This document shows, piece after piece, positions 20,788 to 31,307 of a stretch of DNA of 64,000 nucleotides. The notes below the pieces were generated by a model. That model did no database searches. It was not told the DNA's origin and saw only the letters and a list, made by a program, of their open reading frames with translations. Source of the DNA: an uncultured Fibrobacterota bacterium (GTDB lineage Bacteria; Fibrobacterota; Chitinivibrionia; Chitinivibrionales; FEN-1185). The number at the start of each line of letters is the position of its first letter. Positions within the stretch are counted from its first letter, which is position 1. The stretch lies in the NCBI GenBank assembly GCA_963753345.1, contig CAVWBU010000041.1:96001-160000 (forward strand), given 5' to 3'. The position numbers and the translations under genes were made by a program.

Positions 20788-21582
20788 TCAGAACCTGTTC
20801 CTAAATCTTAAGACCATGCTGAGCGCAAGCCGGTGATACCCGTCGCCAAAGCCGGGGCACTTGTACTTGGGATCCTGGGACGCGGTTCGCGCGCGTACGT
20901 AAAGTGAACAGGAGCTCATATGTGCCCAGTCGGTTGTTGCCACATGGGTGGAGTCGAAAAAGGCCATGGCGAGCAAATCTATGTTTTCCGCCAAGACCGT
21001 GGATGTTGAATTAAGGCAGAAGTCCGTATTGTTTGTGAAAAAACGTTCTGTTGAGGCTGCATAAACAATATCACCGGATTTGAGCGTTGTGGTTGCCGGG
21101 GATTTGAGGTACACCGTATCGGGTGTTGATGAGGTTTTGACACTATCGATCTGTTTGGTGACTGGAACTCCCCTGCCCGTATCGACGACTACGGAATCCG
21201 CGCCTATGAAACTGGTTCCGCTGTCAACAGGAATTTTTGCCGACCCTGATAAGGAAACGACCATCTGCTGCGCTGCGCCTTTTCTATTCACCCTGAGCGT
21301 TACATCATTGGTGGGCGAACTGGACGCATAGATTACTGTGTAGAGTGAATCCGGCAGTGCACCGCCAGCCTGGGACATTTCCTCGGTTAGTTTTTTAATT
21401 GTGTACGTCGCGTTCTGGTACATGTCGGTCATCTGTTCCTGTAGGTTATAGCTCCACAAACTCTGGGTCAGCAAGCGGTACACGCCGAGAATGACAAGCG
21501 CTCCGGCGGCCATGGTAATGAGGAGCTCCACCAAGGTAGTTCCACGCGCTGCTTGTTTCCCTTTTTTCGCCGCACCGCTCAT
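20788..21582 (-). CDS. Type IV minor pilin, PilW-like
   Basis: Prepilin motif RG|TTLVELLITM. Confidence 0.8.
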   Translation of the reverse strand: MSGAAKKGKQAARGTTLVELLITMAAGALVILGVYRLLTQSLWSYNLQEQMTDMYQNATYTIKKLTEEMSQAGGALPDSLYTVIYASSSPTNDVTLRVNRKGAAQQMVVSLSGSAKIPVDSGTSFIGADSVVVDTGRGVPVTKQIDSVKTSSTPDTVYLKSPATTTLKSGDIVYAASTERFFTNNTDFCLNSTSTVLAENIDLLAMAFFDSTHVATTDWAHMSSCSLYVRARTASQDPKYKCPGFGDGYHRLALSMVLRFRNRF

Positions 21583-21607
21583 CTGTCAAGCTCCGGCGAT
21601 CTTGTGA

Positions 21608-22055
21608 TCAAAAATTCTTTGCAATGCGAGTTTCCACTTTCAAGCTGTCGGTTGGCTTGCACCCCGCCCACCATGCAGTAAGATTCACCTTGAATACATC
21701 GGTAATCAAATGCCCGTGTGGATCATGCAATGTGTCGTATGCATGCCATCTCACCGACATCCACGGGATTACACTGTTGTCAACGACAACCGAATCCCTG
21801 TTATCAAAGCCCGTTTTGAACGTCGTGAAATTTGTTACCGGGATTCTTGGCGATGAACATTCTCTGCTTTTCGATCTGTTTTTCCACCACCTGGCCCGCC
21901 AGAATAAGCTTGTTCGTGGCCGACGACTGGGACCACGAAGTCTTTTGCCACATGAGAACGGCAACGGCGCTTGTCGCGATTATTATCATTGCGAGAAGCA
22001 CTTCCACCATCGTGAACCCGTTTGCTCCCTTGGGGACGGCGTTCGTCATTTCCAT
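21608..22055 (-). CDS. Type IV minor pilin, PilV-like (frameshift near 21845)
   Basis: NG|FTMVEVLLAMII; C-terminal half lies in ORF 21608..21964. Confidence 0.75.
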
Positions 22056-22068
22056 TGTCTGTTTCCTC

Positions 22069-22576
22069 CTATTGCACTTTATACCGACCAGTGCTCGGCA
22101 AGACACTTATGGTACGGATGGTTCCCAGCGAGTTCTTTACGATAATTGAACCGCCGTTCTTTGCGGACCCGTCGCCGCGGAACACCACCACGCTGTCGGT
22201 GATACCTCCTGCGGCGACCGGCGGCAGGCTGTCCACTACTCCGTTGGGAGCATTGTATTGACCCATGTACATAGGATCGCTGTTCCAATCGTAATGGTTC
22301 AGTATGCCGGCAGGAAGGTCCAAGAAGACAAACGACCTGTTCGGTGTCACCCTCCTGTCAATATAAACTCCAACATGTATGTTAGGGTCCGCAATGGCAC
22401 GTGTTCGCGCAATTATAAGCTGACGTTTGATGGCGTTGGCTGCCGTACGCAGCTTGATGGTTCCGACCATTACGGACATCTTCGGGAGTGGCAAGCGCGG
22501 CAAGCAAGCCGATAATGAGAACAATTACAAGGAGTTCTACAATAGTGTACCCAAAACTTCCGTTGGCAGGTTTCAT
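22069..22576 (-). CDS. FimT/GspH-like minor pilin (frameshift near 22480)
   Basis: FG|YTIVELLVIVLIIGLLAALATP, then L..ARTRAI...VVFRGDGS...ISVLPSTGR. Confidence 0.8.
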
Positions 22577-22902
22577 ATCAGACCACCCAGCACCAGACAT
22601 TCGGGACGTATTCTCCCATTTTATTACCAAATAATTATACCGCTAAGCCTGCCTTTATTCAACAAGATAATCATATATTTTATGGCTTCTTTGGGAACAA
22701 ATACCCAATATTAATCATATTTTCAAAGTATTCCTGATGTTTTTTCAATATATTTAGTGTGAAACGGGATCTTTTAACGCGTTTTAATTGAAGCGATTAA
22801 GCGGTATTCGCAAAAGGCAATCAACGAAAAAAGTTGCTTCATTTTGCAATGGTTAAGCGATAAAGCCAAATGTCCAGTTCTCTTCCCAGGAGGCGATCCA
22901 CC

Positions 22903-25299
22903 ATGAAGTTGATGCAACAGCTCTTGCTTGCGGCCACCACCATCTTCATCTTTGCAATTGCCCCCGCGTTCCCGCAGGTCCAGGTCGGCGCCGGGTCCTA
23001 TGTGACAACAGGGAATTTCACGGTGCCGGACCATTCCCCTTTCATTACCTCGGATTTCTCGCAAAAAGTGATCTGCGACAAGTGGTGGGTAACGCTCATA
23101 AACCAGCAGTTCTCGTCCCCCATGTGGGCGCACCCGATATCCTACCAGACAAACGCCGGCGGGCTCGACATGGGATACCCGGGCCCAGCCGTCAACACCG
23201 GCGGCGGGTACTCCAATTCGCACAACAGGGACATCACCGTGGGAATCGACGGCCTTAACGCGACCTCGTCGCCGGTCGCCGGTTACTCGCATTTCAGCGT
23301 GACCGCGCGGTGGACTTCGGGCGCGCTCACCATGGAAGCCACCATGCCCCAGGGAATACCGTTCGCCTATTTCAAGATAACGGGCGGCAACGCGAAGATC
23401 ACTTTTGCCGGCACCCCGACAATCTGGTACAATCAGGGAGCCGTGGTGGCGGCGACCGTAAACGGCCACAACTACGGCATCTTCGCGCCCACGGGCGCGA
23501 CCTGGAGCGGAACCGGGACTATGACGTCGTCGCTCGCGGGCAAGGACTACCTTTCCGTGGCGCTCCTGCCCGACAACACCCCGGCGACGCTCACGTTCTT
23601 CCTGAGCTACGCATACACTTTTGTCAAGGAAACGCGGGTGAACTGGGTGTACAACGAACCGGCCGCGATCCTCACCTCCACGTTCAGCATTGTTCCGGAC
23701 ATCAAGGAAGGGTCCGAGACGGGAACGATTTTCGCCGTGTTCCGCCACCAGTGGATCAGCATGCCCGGGCCGTTTCTGAGCTACACCTATCAGAGCGCAC
23801 GCGGGATCATGAAGGTGGTTTCGGGGCCGAGTTTTTCCACGCAGATGAAATTCAACGGCATTCTCACGACAATGCCGGATGTCGGCGTCGACATGCCCAC
23901 CCTCAACGGGCTCGTCCAGGGCGAAGGCGTGCCCACTTCCGTGGGCTCCGGCGGATGCACCTACAACAAGGACATGGGCAGGTTTGCGCAACTGTGCGAA
24001 GAGGCGAACCTCGCAGGCAACACCGCCAAGCGCGACGCGATACTCGCCGGCCTCAAGGCAGGCCTTCAAAACTGGTTTACTGCCGACGGCAACCCGGAGT
24101 TCTATTACCACAAGCCGTGGAACAGGCTTATCGGGTATCCCGCTTGCTATTACTCGGATACGCGTCTCACCGACCATCATTTCCACTACGGTTACTACCT
24201 CCGCGCGGCGGCCGTGGTTGCGCAGTACGACACCACATGGGCCAAGCCGTCGAACTGGGGCGGCATGGTGCAGATGCTCATCCGGGACGTCAATTCGTGG
24301 GACGACAACGACTCGCTGTTCGGCCGTTTCAGCTACTTCGAGCCCTATGAGGGCCACGGATGGGCCGACGGCATAGGCTTTACAACCGGCGACAACCAGG
24401 AGTCGTCGTCGGAGTCCATGAACTTCAACGCAGGACTTATTCTCTGGGGAGCCATGACCGGCAACAAAACGCTCCGCGACCAGGGGATTTTCATGTATGT
24501 CAATGAAGCTCGCGCCATCGAGCAATACTGGTGGGACGTGGATCATGTCACCTTTCCGACGGGATACACCCACACGTGCGTCGGCATGGTGTGGAGCAAC
24601 GGCGGCGCCTACGGAACGTGGTTCTCCGGCGGGGGCAGCGCGATCCACGGCATCAATTTCCTGCCCAATACTGCGGGGCACATGTATTACGGTCGATGCC
24701 CCGACTACATCCCTCTCAACTACAACGAAGGATTTGACGGCGGGTGGTCCGATCTCTTCTACGAATTCCTCGCCTATTCCGACGCTGCGACCGCAATGCA
24801 GAAGTACAACGCCGGCACGAGCATCGAAGGCGGCAATACCAAAGCCGCGTGCTACAACGAGATTGCATCCCTCAACACTGCGGGAAGGCTTGACACAGCG
24901 GTAACCGGCAGCACGCCCACCTATGGAGTCTTTGACAAGGGAAACGTGCGGACCTATTGCGCCTTCAACCCGGACAACGCCGACAAAACCGTCGTGTTCA
25001 ACGACGGCTTCACCATGGATGTGCCTGCAAAAAAACAATTGTGCACCACGGGGCCGGTCAGGCCGGTTTCGGTGCGGAACAGGGTGATGGAAGGGCAGTC
25101 GATTATCCCGGGGCTGGAGAGAATCTTCTGTTCTACCGGTGAAATCCGTCTGCCCCGGCTCAATGCGCAAACAAAGTCGGCCGTACTGTTCGATGCGCAA
25201 GGAAGGGCGGTATGGATGTCCGGCGTGCGTTCGGGGATACCGCTTTCGGAACCGCAATCGCTTGCAAACGGCGTGTACCTGCTCAGGCAGTTCAAGTAA
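22903..25299 (+). CDS. GH81 endo-beta-1,3-glucanase with C-terminal sorting-like domain
   Basis: Signal peptide; VGAGSY, DHHFHYGY, FEPYEGHGWA, NQESSSESMN, HGINFLP motifs; C-term LFDAQGRAVW...NGVYLLR; RBS AGGAGG. Confidence 0.9.
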   Translation: MKLMQQLLLAATTIFIFAIAPAFPQVQVGAGSYVTTGNFTVPDHSPFITSDFSQKVICDKWWVTLINQQFSSPMWAHPISYQTNAGGLDMGYPGPAVNTGGGYSNSHNRDITVGIDGLNATSSPVAGYSHFSVTARWTSGALTMEATMPQGIPFAYFKITGGNAKITFAGTPTIWYNQGAVVAATVNGHNYGIFAPTGATWSGTGTMTSSLAGKDYLSVALLPDNTPATLTFFLSYAYTFVKETRVNWVYNEPAAILTSTFSIVPDIKEGSETGTIFAVFRHQWISMPGPFLSYTYQSARGIMKVVSGPSFSTQMKFNGILTTMPDVGVDMPTLNGLVQGEGVPTSVGSGGCTYNKDMGRFAQLCEEANLAGNTAKRDAILAGLKAGLQNWFTADGNPEFYYHKPWNRLIGYPACYYSDTRLTDHHFHYGYYLRAAAVVAQYDTTWAKPSNWGGMVQMLIRDVNSWDDNDSLFGRFSYFEPYEGHGWADGIGFTTGDNQESSSESMNFNAGLILWGAMTGNKTLRDQGIFMYVNEARAIEQYWWDVDHVTFPTGYTHTCVGMVWSNGGAYGTWFSGGGSAIHGINFLPNTAGHMYYGRCPDYIPLNYNEGFDGGWSDLFYEFLAYSDAATAMQKYNAGTSIEGGNTKAACYNEIASLNTAGRLDTAVTGSTPTYGVFDKGNVRTYCAFNPDNADKTVVFNDGFTMDVPAKKQLCTTGPVRPVSVRNRVMEGQSIIPGLERIFCSTGEIRLPRLNAQTKSAVLFDAQGRAVWMSGVRSGIPLSEPQSLANGVYLLRQFK

Positions 25300-25330
25300 G
25301 ACGGATGGTCGGGAACGATGTTGACATGAT

Positions 25331-25366
25331 AAGAGCCGTCCCGCGCTGGGACGGCTCTTCATTTTT
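25331..25366. terminator. Terminator between convergent GH81 and Rho_N-like genes
   Basis: AAGAGCCGTCCC-loop-GGGACGGCTCTT followed by CATTTTT. Confidence 0.7.
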
Positions 25367-25390
25367 CGGGCAGCACTGCCGCGCTGTTCG

Positions 25391-25729
25391 CTATGCGGCG
25401 ATCTCAACCGCCGACTTGCGCAGGTTTCTCTTGAGAAAATGTATCCTGCGGCGGATGTGCTTGAGGTCCTGGTGCTTTCCTGCCTTGACCGCTTCTTCAC
25501 GCTTCGCCTTGAGGGCCTTGATTTTTTCCTTGAGCCTCACCTTGACTCCGCCAACGGCGACCTTGTGATGGGCCAGCATGGGAATCGAAAGAGCCGTGCA
25601 GAGCTTCTCGAGGAGATGCTCTTTGTTAAGCTGGGAATACCCCTGCAGCGCATCGTGCTGGATGCCTGCTGCGATGTCGCGAAGTTCGGCCACCGTCTTC
25701 TTCTTGAGTTCCTCGTACGTGTGGGACAT
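25391..25729 (-). CDS. Small basic protein with Rho-N-terminal-like (HeH) domain
   Basis: ELKKKTVAELRDIA...GYSQLNKEHLL; Lys/Arg-rich C-terminus; RBS GAAGGAG. Confidence 0.7.
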   Translation of the reverse strand: MSHTYEELKKKTVAELRDIAAGIQHDALQGYSQLNKEHLLEKLCTALSIPMLAHHKVAVGGVKVRLKEKIKALKAKREEAVKAGKHQDLKHIRRRIHFLKRNLRKSAVEIAA

Positions 25730-25920
25730 GCGTCGTTCTCCTTCGTGCTGGTGTGCGGCCGGCATGGCCGGAATCTGTGCATTAAAAGTAAGATTTGCGA
25801 CCGGCGAAAACAATACCTTCTGAGGCAAAAAAAATGCCGGCCCGCGTTTCCCGGACCGGCCCGGTCATCCTGTTGCGCAAAAGTGACAAAGTAACAGAGT
25901 GACAAAGTAATTCTTTGTTT

Positions 25921-25960
25921 TCAACTTCTCAACTTCTCAACCTCTCAACTCCTCAACTTC
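25921..25960. repeat. Short tandem octamer repeat (TCAACTTC)n; inverted counterpart at 31826-31868
   Basis: tcaacttc tcaacttc tcaacctc tcaactcc tcaacttc. Confidence 0.75.
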
Positions 25961-25961
25961 T

Positions 25962-28900
25962 TCACGGCAAATACGTCATTCTCTTCTCAAAGATCCCGCC
26001 GGGCCTATTGCTTTCGTCAAGCGCGGTCATCCGCACCACATACATGCCCGCCGCCACACGACGCCGGTCGAACGAACGGCCGTCCCAGTCGATCTCACGC
26101 ATCCCAGCTCGGCCGCGCTCGTCCACCGTCTGCTGCCACACCATTCTGCCACGAAGGTCGTATATCGCAAACTTCACGCTGCTCACCCCGGAGCCGGGAA
26201 CCGAGTATCTGATCCGCACCAGCGAGGATGCCGGGTTCGGAGAAATTCCCACAAACGCCAGCGTCGCGCTCCTCAGCACAAGCGCGGCTTTGGCCAGGTA
26301 CGCAGGCGTGCCCACGGCCAGAACCCTCAGTTCCATGCCGCCCGCGGCTACGGTCACCGTTGCCGCGCCTGAGGAGAAATTCTCAACCGAACCGGTCTTC
26401 TCGTTGAATGCCCGCGCCACCAGACCCTTGGGAAGCGGGCTCTGGTTCGCAAGACGGTACGAAATGGCGGCCGCCTGATCGCCGTCGTTGACAAACGCAA
26501 GCGTGAACATGCTGCCCCCGCCCGCTGTACCGTGCGCAAGAGCGTGGCCGTACACCTTGTTCTTTGTGCCGTCGAGCACGCCCACATATGCCTTCTCGAA
26601 CGTCGGCGGCACCGGGAAATAGCTCGTCGCGGCGCTCTTGGCCTCGCTGTACCCGCAGAAAACAGGGCTCAATTTCGAACCGTCGGAAAGATTTGACGTG
26701 ACCGAAACAACCCAGCCGCTCCCGGCGGTCCGCTTTGCCACGCCGTAGCTGGACATGGTTTTCGGGATGGGCGGCACCTGGAGCGTCACCGGGACCGACA
26801 ACGGGTTGAAAACCGTATAGCCCGTAAAGTCCTGCGAGCTGAGCACCACACTCTTGTCCACTATTGCAAATGCCTGGAAGAAAATGGGGCTCGAAAGGTA
26901 CCGGTGGCTTGCCGAGTCCTGCACCCACGAATAGATCTGGAGGGTGTCCGCGACCGCGCCCGTTGAATCGATGATCTCGCCCACCCGGACGTCGAACCGG
27001 TACGGAACCGTAAAATCGGCCCAGCTGTTCGCAGGAAGCTGAATCGCGTACGACGCGCGGAGCGTGGGCGTCACGCCGGAACCGAAATTCACCGGCACGC
27101 TCGTCCGGCCCTTCTCCCACACCAGCGTGCCCGGGCTCATGGCGAAATCGTTTGCCGTGGCGTCCGAATATTCCACCCAGTTCAACGTGCTCGAAGGGTT
27201 TGTCTGGCCGGGATTCCACCGGAACAGCCGCATCTGTTGCTTGTCGTACTTCCACCCCGCCCCGAACGCCGGCGCGAGCGCGCTGTCCTTGAGCCACGCC
27301 GTCACCCGAAGCGGCATCCACGCATTCTGGAGGGTCATGATAAAATCCGAACTGTCGGGCCGCAGCACCTGCCGCGAAACGTTCTGCGTGACGGTATTGA
27401 CGCCGTCGCTCACTACCACCATCGCGCGCAGACCGTTCTCCTTTGTAACGTACGGGCTGGGAATCACCACGGGAATCGTAGCCTGCAGGGCGGCAAGCGT
27501 GCCGCTGTCCGCGTCCCCATTGGAAAACGCATCCCCGCCCCTCGTGAACGAATACGCATACGTCACGTTGGCGCAGTTGTCGCTGATGTAAAGCGTGTCG
27601 AACACATCGGTCAATGGCGGCAGCGTATCGGCATGGAACCCCCGTTTCACCGTGGGCGCCACGGTGTCGATAAGCGCAACGTAGGTATACGAGAGCGTGT
27701 CGGCGGGTTTCGTTCTCGTCGACGCAAAGGCGCTGTTGGCGCTCGACGAGCGGTCCACGTACCACAGCCCGTTCTTGAGTTGATAAATGCGAACCGATGA
27801 CGCGGTGTAGTTCGCGGGAAACGCGAAGAGCTTGAGATCGATGGTGAACGGCGCCGTCGACTGGTATTTCGAGAAGTAGAACGGCACGCTCATCTGCACA
27901 AAGCCGGGGAGGCTGGCCGGGGTGAGCCCGCTAAAGTAGCGGATGACCCCCACCGTGGGCGTCACGTCGGCAACCGCAACCGAATCGGTGACGATGAGAA
28001 TGTTGCCGTTGAACACCGAGTTCGTGTCGCCCGGCGATTTGGTGAAATAGGTGACCTGCTGCCAGTTGTACGTCGGGCTCGCCACTCTCATCTCCGAGCT
28101 GTCGGTCGGATCGGTGAGCGTCCCGTTGACCCGCCTTTCCCACAGCGCAACATAATAAAACGTAGTGTCGGCAGTGCTCGCGCTGAACACGAGCGGCTCG
28201 CGGAGCTTGACAACCGTGTCGCCCGTCGGTGCATTGACGGACACTATCTGGTGAACGCTCGTGTCCGCCGTGGGATACCCGCTCAGGGAATACGAAATGC
28301 CGATTTCCAGAGTATCGAGAACCGTCTTGGTCACATTCCATTTTACGTGGATCGCGTTGTTCACGGTGTCGAACGTGAGACTTGTGATCTTGACGGTATT
28401 AACGGGAAGCTTGCCCGAGGGGGGCGGCGTGGTGGCGCTCGCGCTCGCCGAGTCGGTCACAAAGGACCATTGCCCGTCCCAAAACACCTGGCCGCCGAAG
28501 TAGTACGTCGTCGGGCCGGTAAGATTCGAAACCGCAAGCTGCGTATCGAGCACCGAAACCGCGCTTATAGAATCGTACGGCGGCGACGTGAAATCGGTCT
28601 GGTTCACCGGCACCTTTCCTGTGGTGCTGTACCAGAAGCGTATGCTGCTCACCGAGTTGCCGACCGGCCTCCAGGATAGAAGGATCACAGAGGGGCTCAT
28701 GGCCTTTGCCGTGAGGAAAATCGGATTTGCCGGGCGGTTCTCTCCCGCAAGGAAGTAGGAGGTATTCGCTGAGCTTTGCTTGTGATTCTTTCCTTTAAGG
28801 GCAACCGCGCAGAGCAGCTTCTTCTGCGTACCGGTATTGAACAGAGCATTTGCGACGCCGATGGTGTCGTGGCCGCCGTTGGCGGTTATCATGGCAGACA

Positions 28901-31307
28901 GTGCGCTCAGCTTGAACCACCGGGTGTTTGTTGCATTGCCGAAATTCGGCACCGTATCGGTGGTGCTTGTGCCGAACCATATGCCGAAGGAATCAATGCT
29001 CGCCGCGTCAAGGCCGTTCAGGCCGGATAGGGAAAAATTCACCGAGTTGGTCCCCTGGAGCCAATTCCCGGCAATTGAGACGATGTTCACCGGCGTGGCG
29101 GTGTCGCTCATGATCACGAGCGTGCCGTTTCCCGGATCGAAATTGCTCCAGTACCACGTGGTTCCGTCGTTCCAGTGCACCTGCGTCATGAACCCGGCGG
29201 CGGTGTCTGATCCGGCAAGCGTGACCGGCACGGTGTCCTTGAATGGCACCGGCGCCGCCTGCATGGCGGCGATGCTCACCTCGGCGCACGGCGTTGCTCC
29301 GGTCGCGGAGGTCGGGACCGAGCCGGACAGGTACCATAGTTTCATGCTGTCGGCGTAGGGAAAAGAACCGATTCCGGTGGAAATGAGCTGGCTGCCGTAA
29401 TTCGAAAAGGTGATTTCCGCTTTCCCCGAAGGCACATATCTTCCCTGAATTGCAATCGGGTTGTCCTTGTGGGCCTTGACATACCGGATCATGCTGTCCT
29501 GGCGCACAGCGCCCTTCATAACGACGAGCTTTACGGTAAACACGCCCGTTGAATCATACTCGTGCGTGGGGTTGAGATCGATCGAGTCAACCGCGCCGTC
29601 GCCGAAGTACCATATCCTCTTTGTAATCTGCGCCCCTCCCGTCGACTGGTCGGTGAAGGTGATCACTTTCGGCACCTTGATAATCGAGTCGCTCATGATG
29701 AATATCGCCTTGATCGGCGTATTGACGACCAGAACGCCTCCGCTCGAGGTGGTGCTGCCGGCGGCATTGGTCACCACCGCCGTGTAGGTGCCGGCGTCCA
29801 GCAGGACCGCCGAGGCAATGGCGTATGTCTTGGCAGTCTGTCCCGGGATGGTGACGTCGTCTTTCCGCCACTGATAGGTAAAGGGACCCGTGCCTATGGC
29901 GGGGTTGACCGTGAAGGTGACGCTGCCGCTCACCAGGAGCGTGTCGAGTGCAGGGGTGACCGTTGCGTTTGCCGGCTTGGCAATGACCGTGACCGTCGCC
30001 TGCTGGCTCTCTACGCTGTCGGTGGCATTCTTGACCATCACCGTGTAGGTGCCCGCGTCGGAGACGGCAACGGGGTTCTTTGTGTACGTTGTGCCTGTTG
30101 CTCCGGCGATTGCGACACCTGCTTTTTTCCACTGGTATGCGGTGGCATTCGTGGCTGTCACCGACAGCGTGAGAGTCGCGCCTTCGTTGACGGTAACCGA
30201 AGCAGGGTTGGTCTGGATCGCCGGAGTGTTTGCGTTCGCGACCTGCACCGTTGCCGTGGCGGAAAGAGCGCTGTACGGAGTCACCGTTCCGTTCGGCGCC
30301 ACAATCTGGCCCACGCTTCCGTTGGCCTTGCCGTCGGTCTGGTTCCATGCCCGGAAAATAAAGGTTGACGGACCGGAATACGCGGCAGCGGGCACGAACC
30401 GAACCTGGGCCGCGGCGTTGAGGAGCGTGGCTGAATTGTCGGAAAGCGCGCCGAACGGCGTCCAGGTGGTTCCGGCATTTGTTGAGAACTGCCACGCGCC
30501 GTTGGTGTTGTCCGCGCCGGTGACGGCAATGCCCCGGTCGGCGAAGCCGGTGACTTGCACATTGTCAATGAGAACCGAGTCGATGGTGCCGTCGGGCCCC
30601 TGGATCACCCACGAAAGCCTCATGGCGAGCTTCTTGCTCGCGGCGCTCACCGGACTTACCACGCCGCTCCCGTAGTTGACGCTATGGAGCGAGTCCCAGG
30701 TGAAAACAACCAGCTTCCATGTCGCAGACGCCGGAACGCTGTCCTGATAGTAGCTGGCCGCGCCCGGATTGATGTCGGAGGTTTCCATTTTGAAGTAGTG
30801 CTTTCCGCCCTTGAACCAGTACTGGAAACCTGTTGCTTTTGTCAAGTCAACCGGCAGCGTGGCGGTGGGATTAAGGTTGACGGTCAATCCGACATACGGA
30901 TTGTATCCCACGATGAGGCCCTGGTGAAGCGCCGCAGTGACCTTTCCGCAGTACGCCGAATTGTAGCCCGGGGCCGAAGCCGTGAAGGTAAGCACGGGAG
31001 GCGTCACAACGCTGAGCCCTCCGCCCCCGGCGTCGTTGAACGTGAGCCACGTTCCGCCCCACTTGCTCACTGCGGTGTTGTTGTCAAAATTGTCGAGCAG
31101 CGTGCCGTCGGTCACAATGGGATTGAGGAAGGTTGAATCGGTGTATCCCGGAGGGTTTGGGTTCCCCATGGCAATGGACGGCGTGAGCGTCGGGTTCACG
31201 CCGGAAAGCACGGGCGCGCCCGCGAAGACGGTGACCGGAAGAATCAAGACGACTGCCGCCCGCAGGAGCCGGGAGGAGACATTCGCGCGCCGGTTCGCTT
31301 TTTTCAT
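25962..31307 (-). CDS. Large secreted multidomain protein: CBM11/CIA30-like, Ig-like, PKD, FN3-like, C-terminal FlgD/T9SS-like domain
   Basis: LLDNFD..WGGTWLTFND...DLTKATGFQYWFKG..IDNV; YQWKK/YQWRK..DAGTY Ig domains; FTDQSTG..WYFGDG..NPTHEY PKD; SPNP..IRYSVP..IYDLRGR..WDGR..AGMYVVR. Confidence 0.8.
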   Translation of the reverse strand: MKKANRRANVSSRLLRAAVVLILPVTVFAGAPVLSGVNPTLTPSIAMGNPNPPGYTDSTFLNPIVTDGTLLDNFDNNTAVSKWGGTWLTFNDAGGGGLSVVTPPVLTFTASAPGYNSAYCGKVTAALHQGLIVGYNPYVGLTVNLNPTATLPVDLTKATGFQYWFKGGKHYFKMETSDINPGAASYYQDSVPASATWKLVVFTWDSLHSVNYGSGVVSPVSAASKKLAMRLSWVIQGPDGTIDSVLIDNVQVTGFADRGIAVTGADNTNGAWQFSTNAGTTWTPFGALSDNSATLLNAAAQVRFVPAAAYSGPSTFIFRAWNQTDGKANGSVGQIVAPNGTVTPYSALSATATVQVANANTPAIQTNPASVTVNEGATLTLSVTATNATAYQWKKAGVAIAGATGTTYTKNPVAVSDAGTYTVMVKNATDSVESQQATVTVIAKPANATVTPALDTLLVSGSVTFTVNPAIGTGPFTYQWRKDDVTIPGQTAKTYAIASAVLLDAGTYTAVVTNAAGSTTSSGGVLVVNTPIKAIFIMSDSIIKVPKVITFTDQSTGGAQITKRIWYFGDGAVDSIDLNPTHEYDSTGVFTVKLVVMKGAVRQDSMIRYVKAHKDNPIAIQGRYVPSGKAEITFSNYGSQLISTGIGSFPYADSMKLWYLSGSVPTSATGATPCAEVSIAAMQAAPVPFKDTVPVTLAGSDTAAGFMTQVHWNDGTTWYWSNFDPGNGTLVIMSDTATPVNIVSIAGNWLQGTNSVNFSLSGLNGLDAASIDSFGIWFGTSTTDTVPNFGNATNTRWFKLSALSAMITANGGHDTIGVANALFNTGTQKKLLCAVALKGKNHKQSSANTSYFLAGENRPANPIFLTAKAMSPSVILLSWRPVGNSVSSIRFWYSTTGKVPVNQTDFTSPPYDSISAVSVLDTQLAVSNLTGPTTYYFGGQVFWDGQWSFVTDSASASATTPPPSGKLPVNTVKITSLTFDTVNNAIHVKWNVTKTVLDTLEIGISYSLSGYPTADTSVHQIVSVNAPTGDTVVKLREPLVFSASTADTTFYYVALWERRVNGTLTDPTDSSEMRVASPTYNWQQVTYFTKSPGDTNSVFNGNILIVTDSVAVADVTPTVGVIRYFSGLTPASLPGFVQMSVPFYFSKYQSTAPFTIDLKLFAFPANYTASSVRIYQLKNGLWYVDRSSSANSAFASTRTKPADTLSYTYVALIDTVAPTVKRGFHADTLPPLTDVFDTLYISDNCANVTYAYSFTRGGDAFSNGDADSGTLAALQATIPVVIPSPYVTKENGLRAMVVVSDGVNTVTQNVSRQVLRPDSSDFIMTLQNAWMPLRVTAWLKDSALAPAFGAGWKYDKQQMRLFRWNPGQTNPSSTLNWVEYSDATANDFAMSPGTLVWEKGRTSVPVNFGSGVTPTLRASYAIQLPANSWADFTVPYRFDVRVGEIIDSTGAVADTLQIYSWVQDSASHRYLSSPIFFQAFAIVDKSVVLSSQDFTGYTVFNPLSVPVTLQVPPIPKTMSSYGVAKRTAGSGWVVSVTSNLSDGSKLSPVFCGYSEAKSAATSYFPVPPTFEKAYVGVLDGTKNKVYGHALAHGTAGGGSMFTLAFVNDGDQAAAISYRLANQSPLPKGLVARAFNEKTGSVENFSSGAATVTVAAGGMELRVLAVGTPAYLAKAALVLRSATLAFVGISPNPASSLVRIRYSVPGSGVSSVKFAIYDLRGRMVWQQTVDERGRAGMREIDWDGRSFDRRRVAAGMYVVRMTALDESNRPGGIFEKRMTYLP

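Noticed and set aside
22774-25500. 908-aa antisense ORF opposite GH81 (and similar long shadow ORFs elsewhere)
   Set aside because: No recognisable motifs; expected by-product of GC-rich codon bias on the coding strand.
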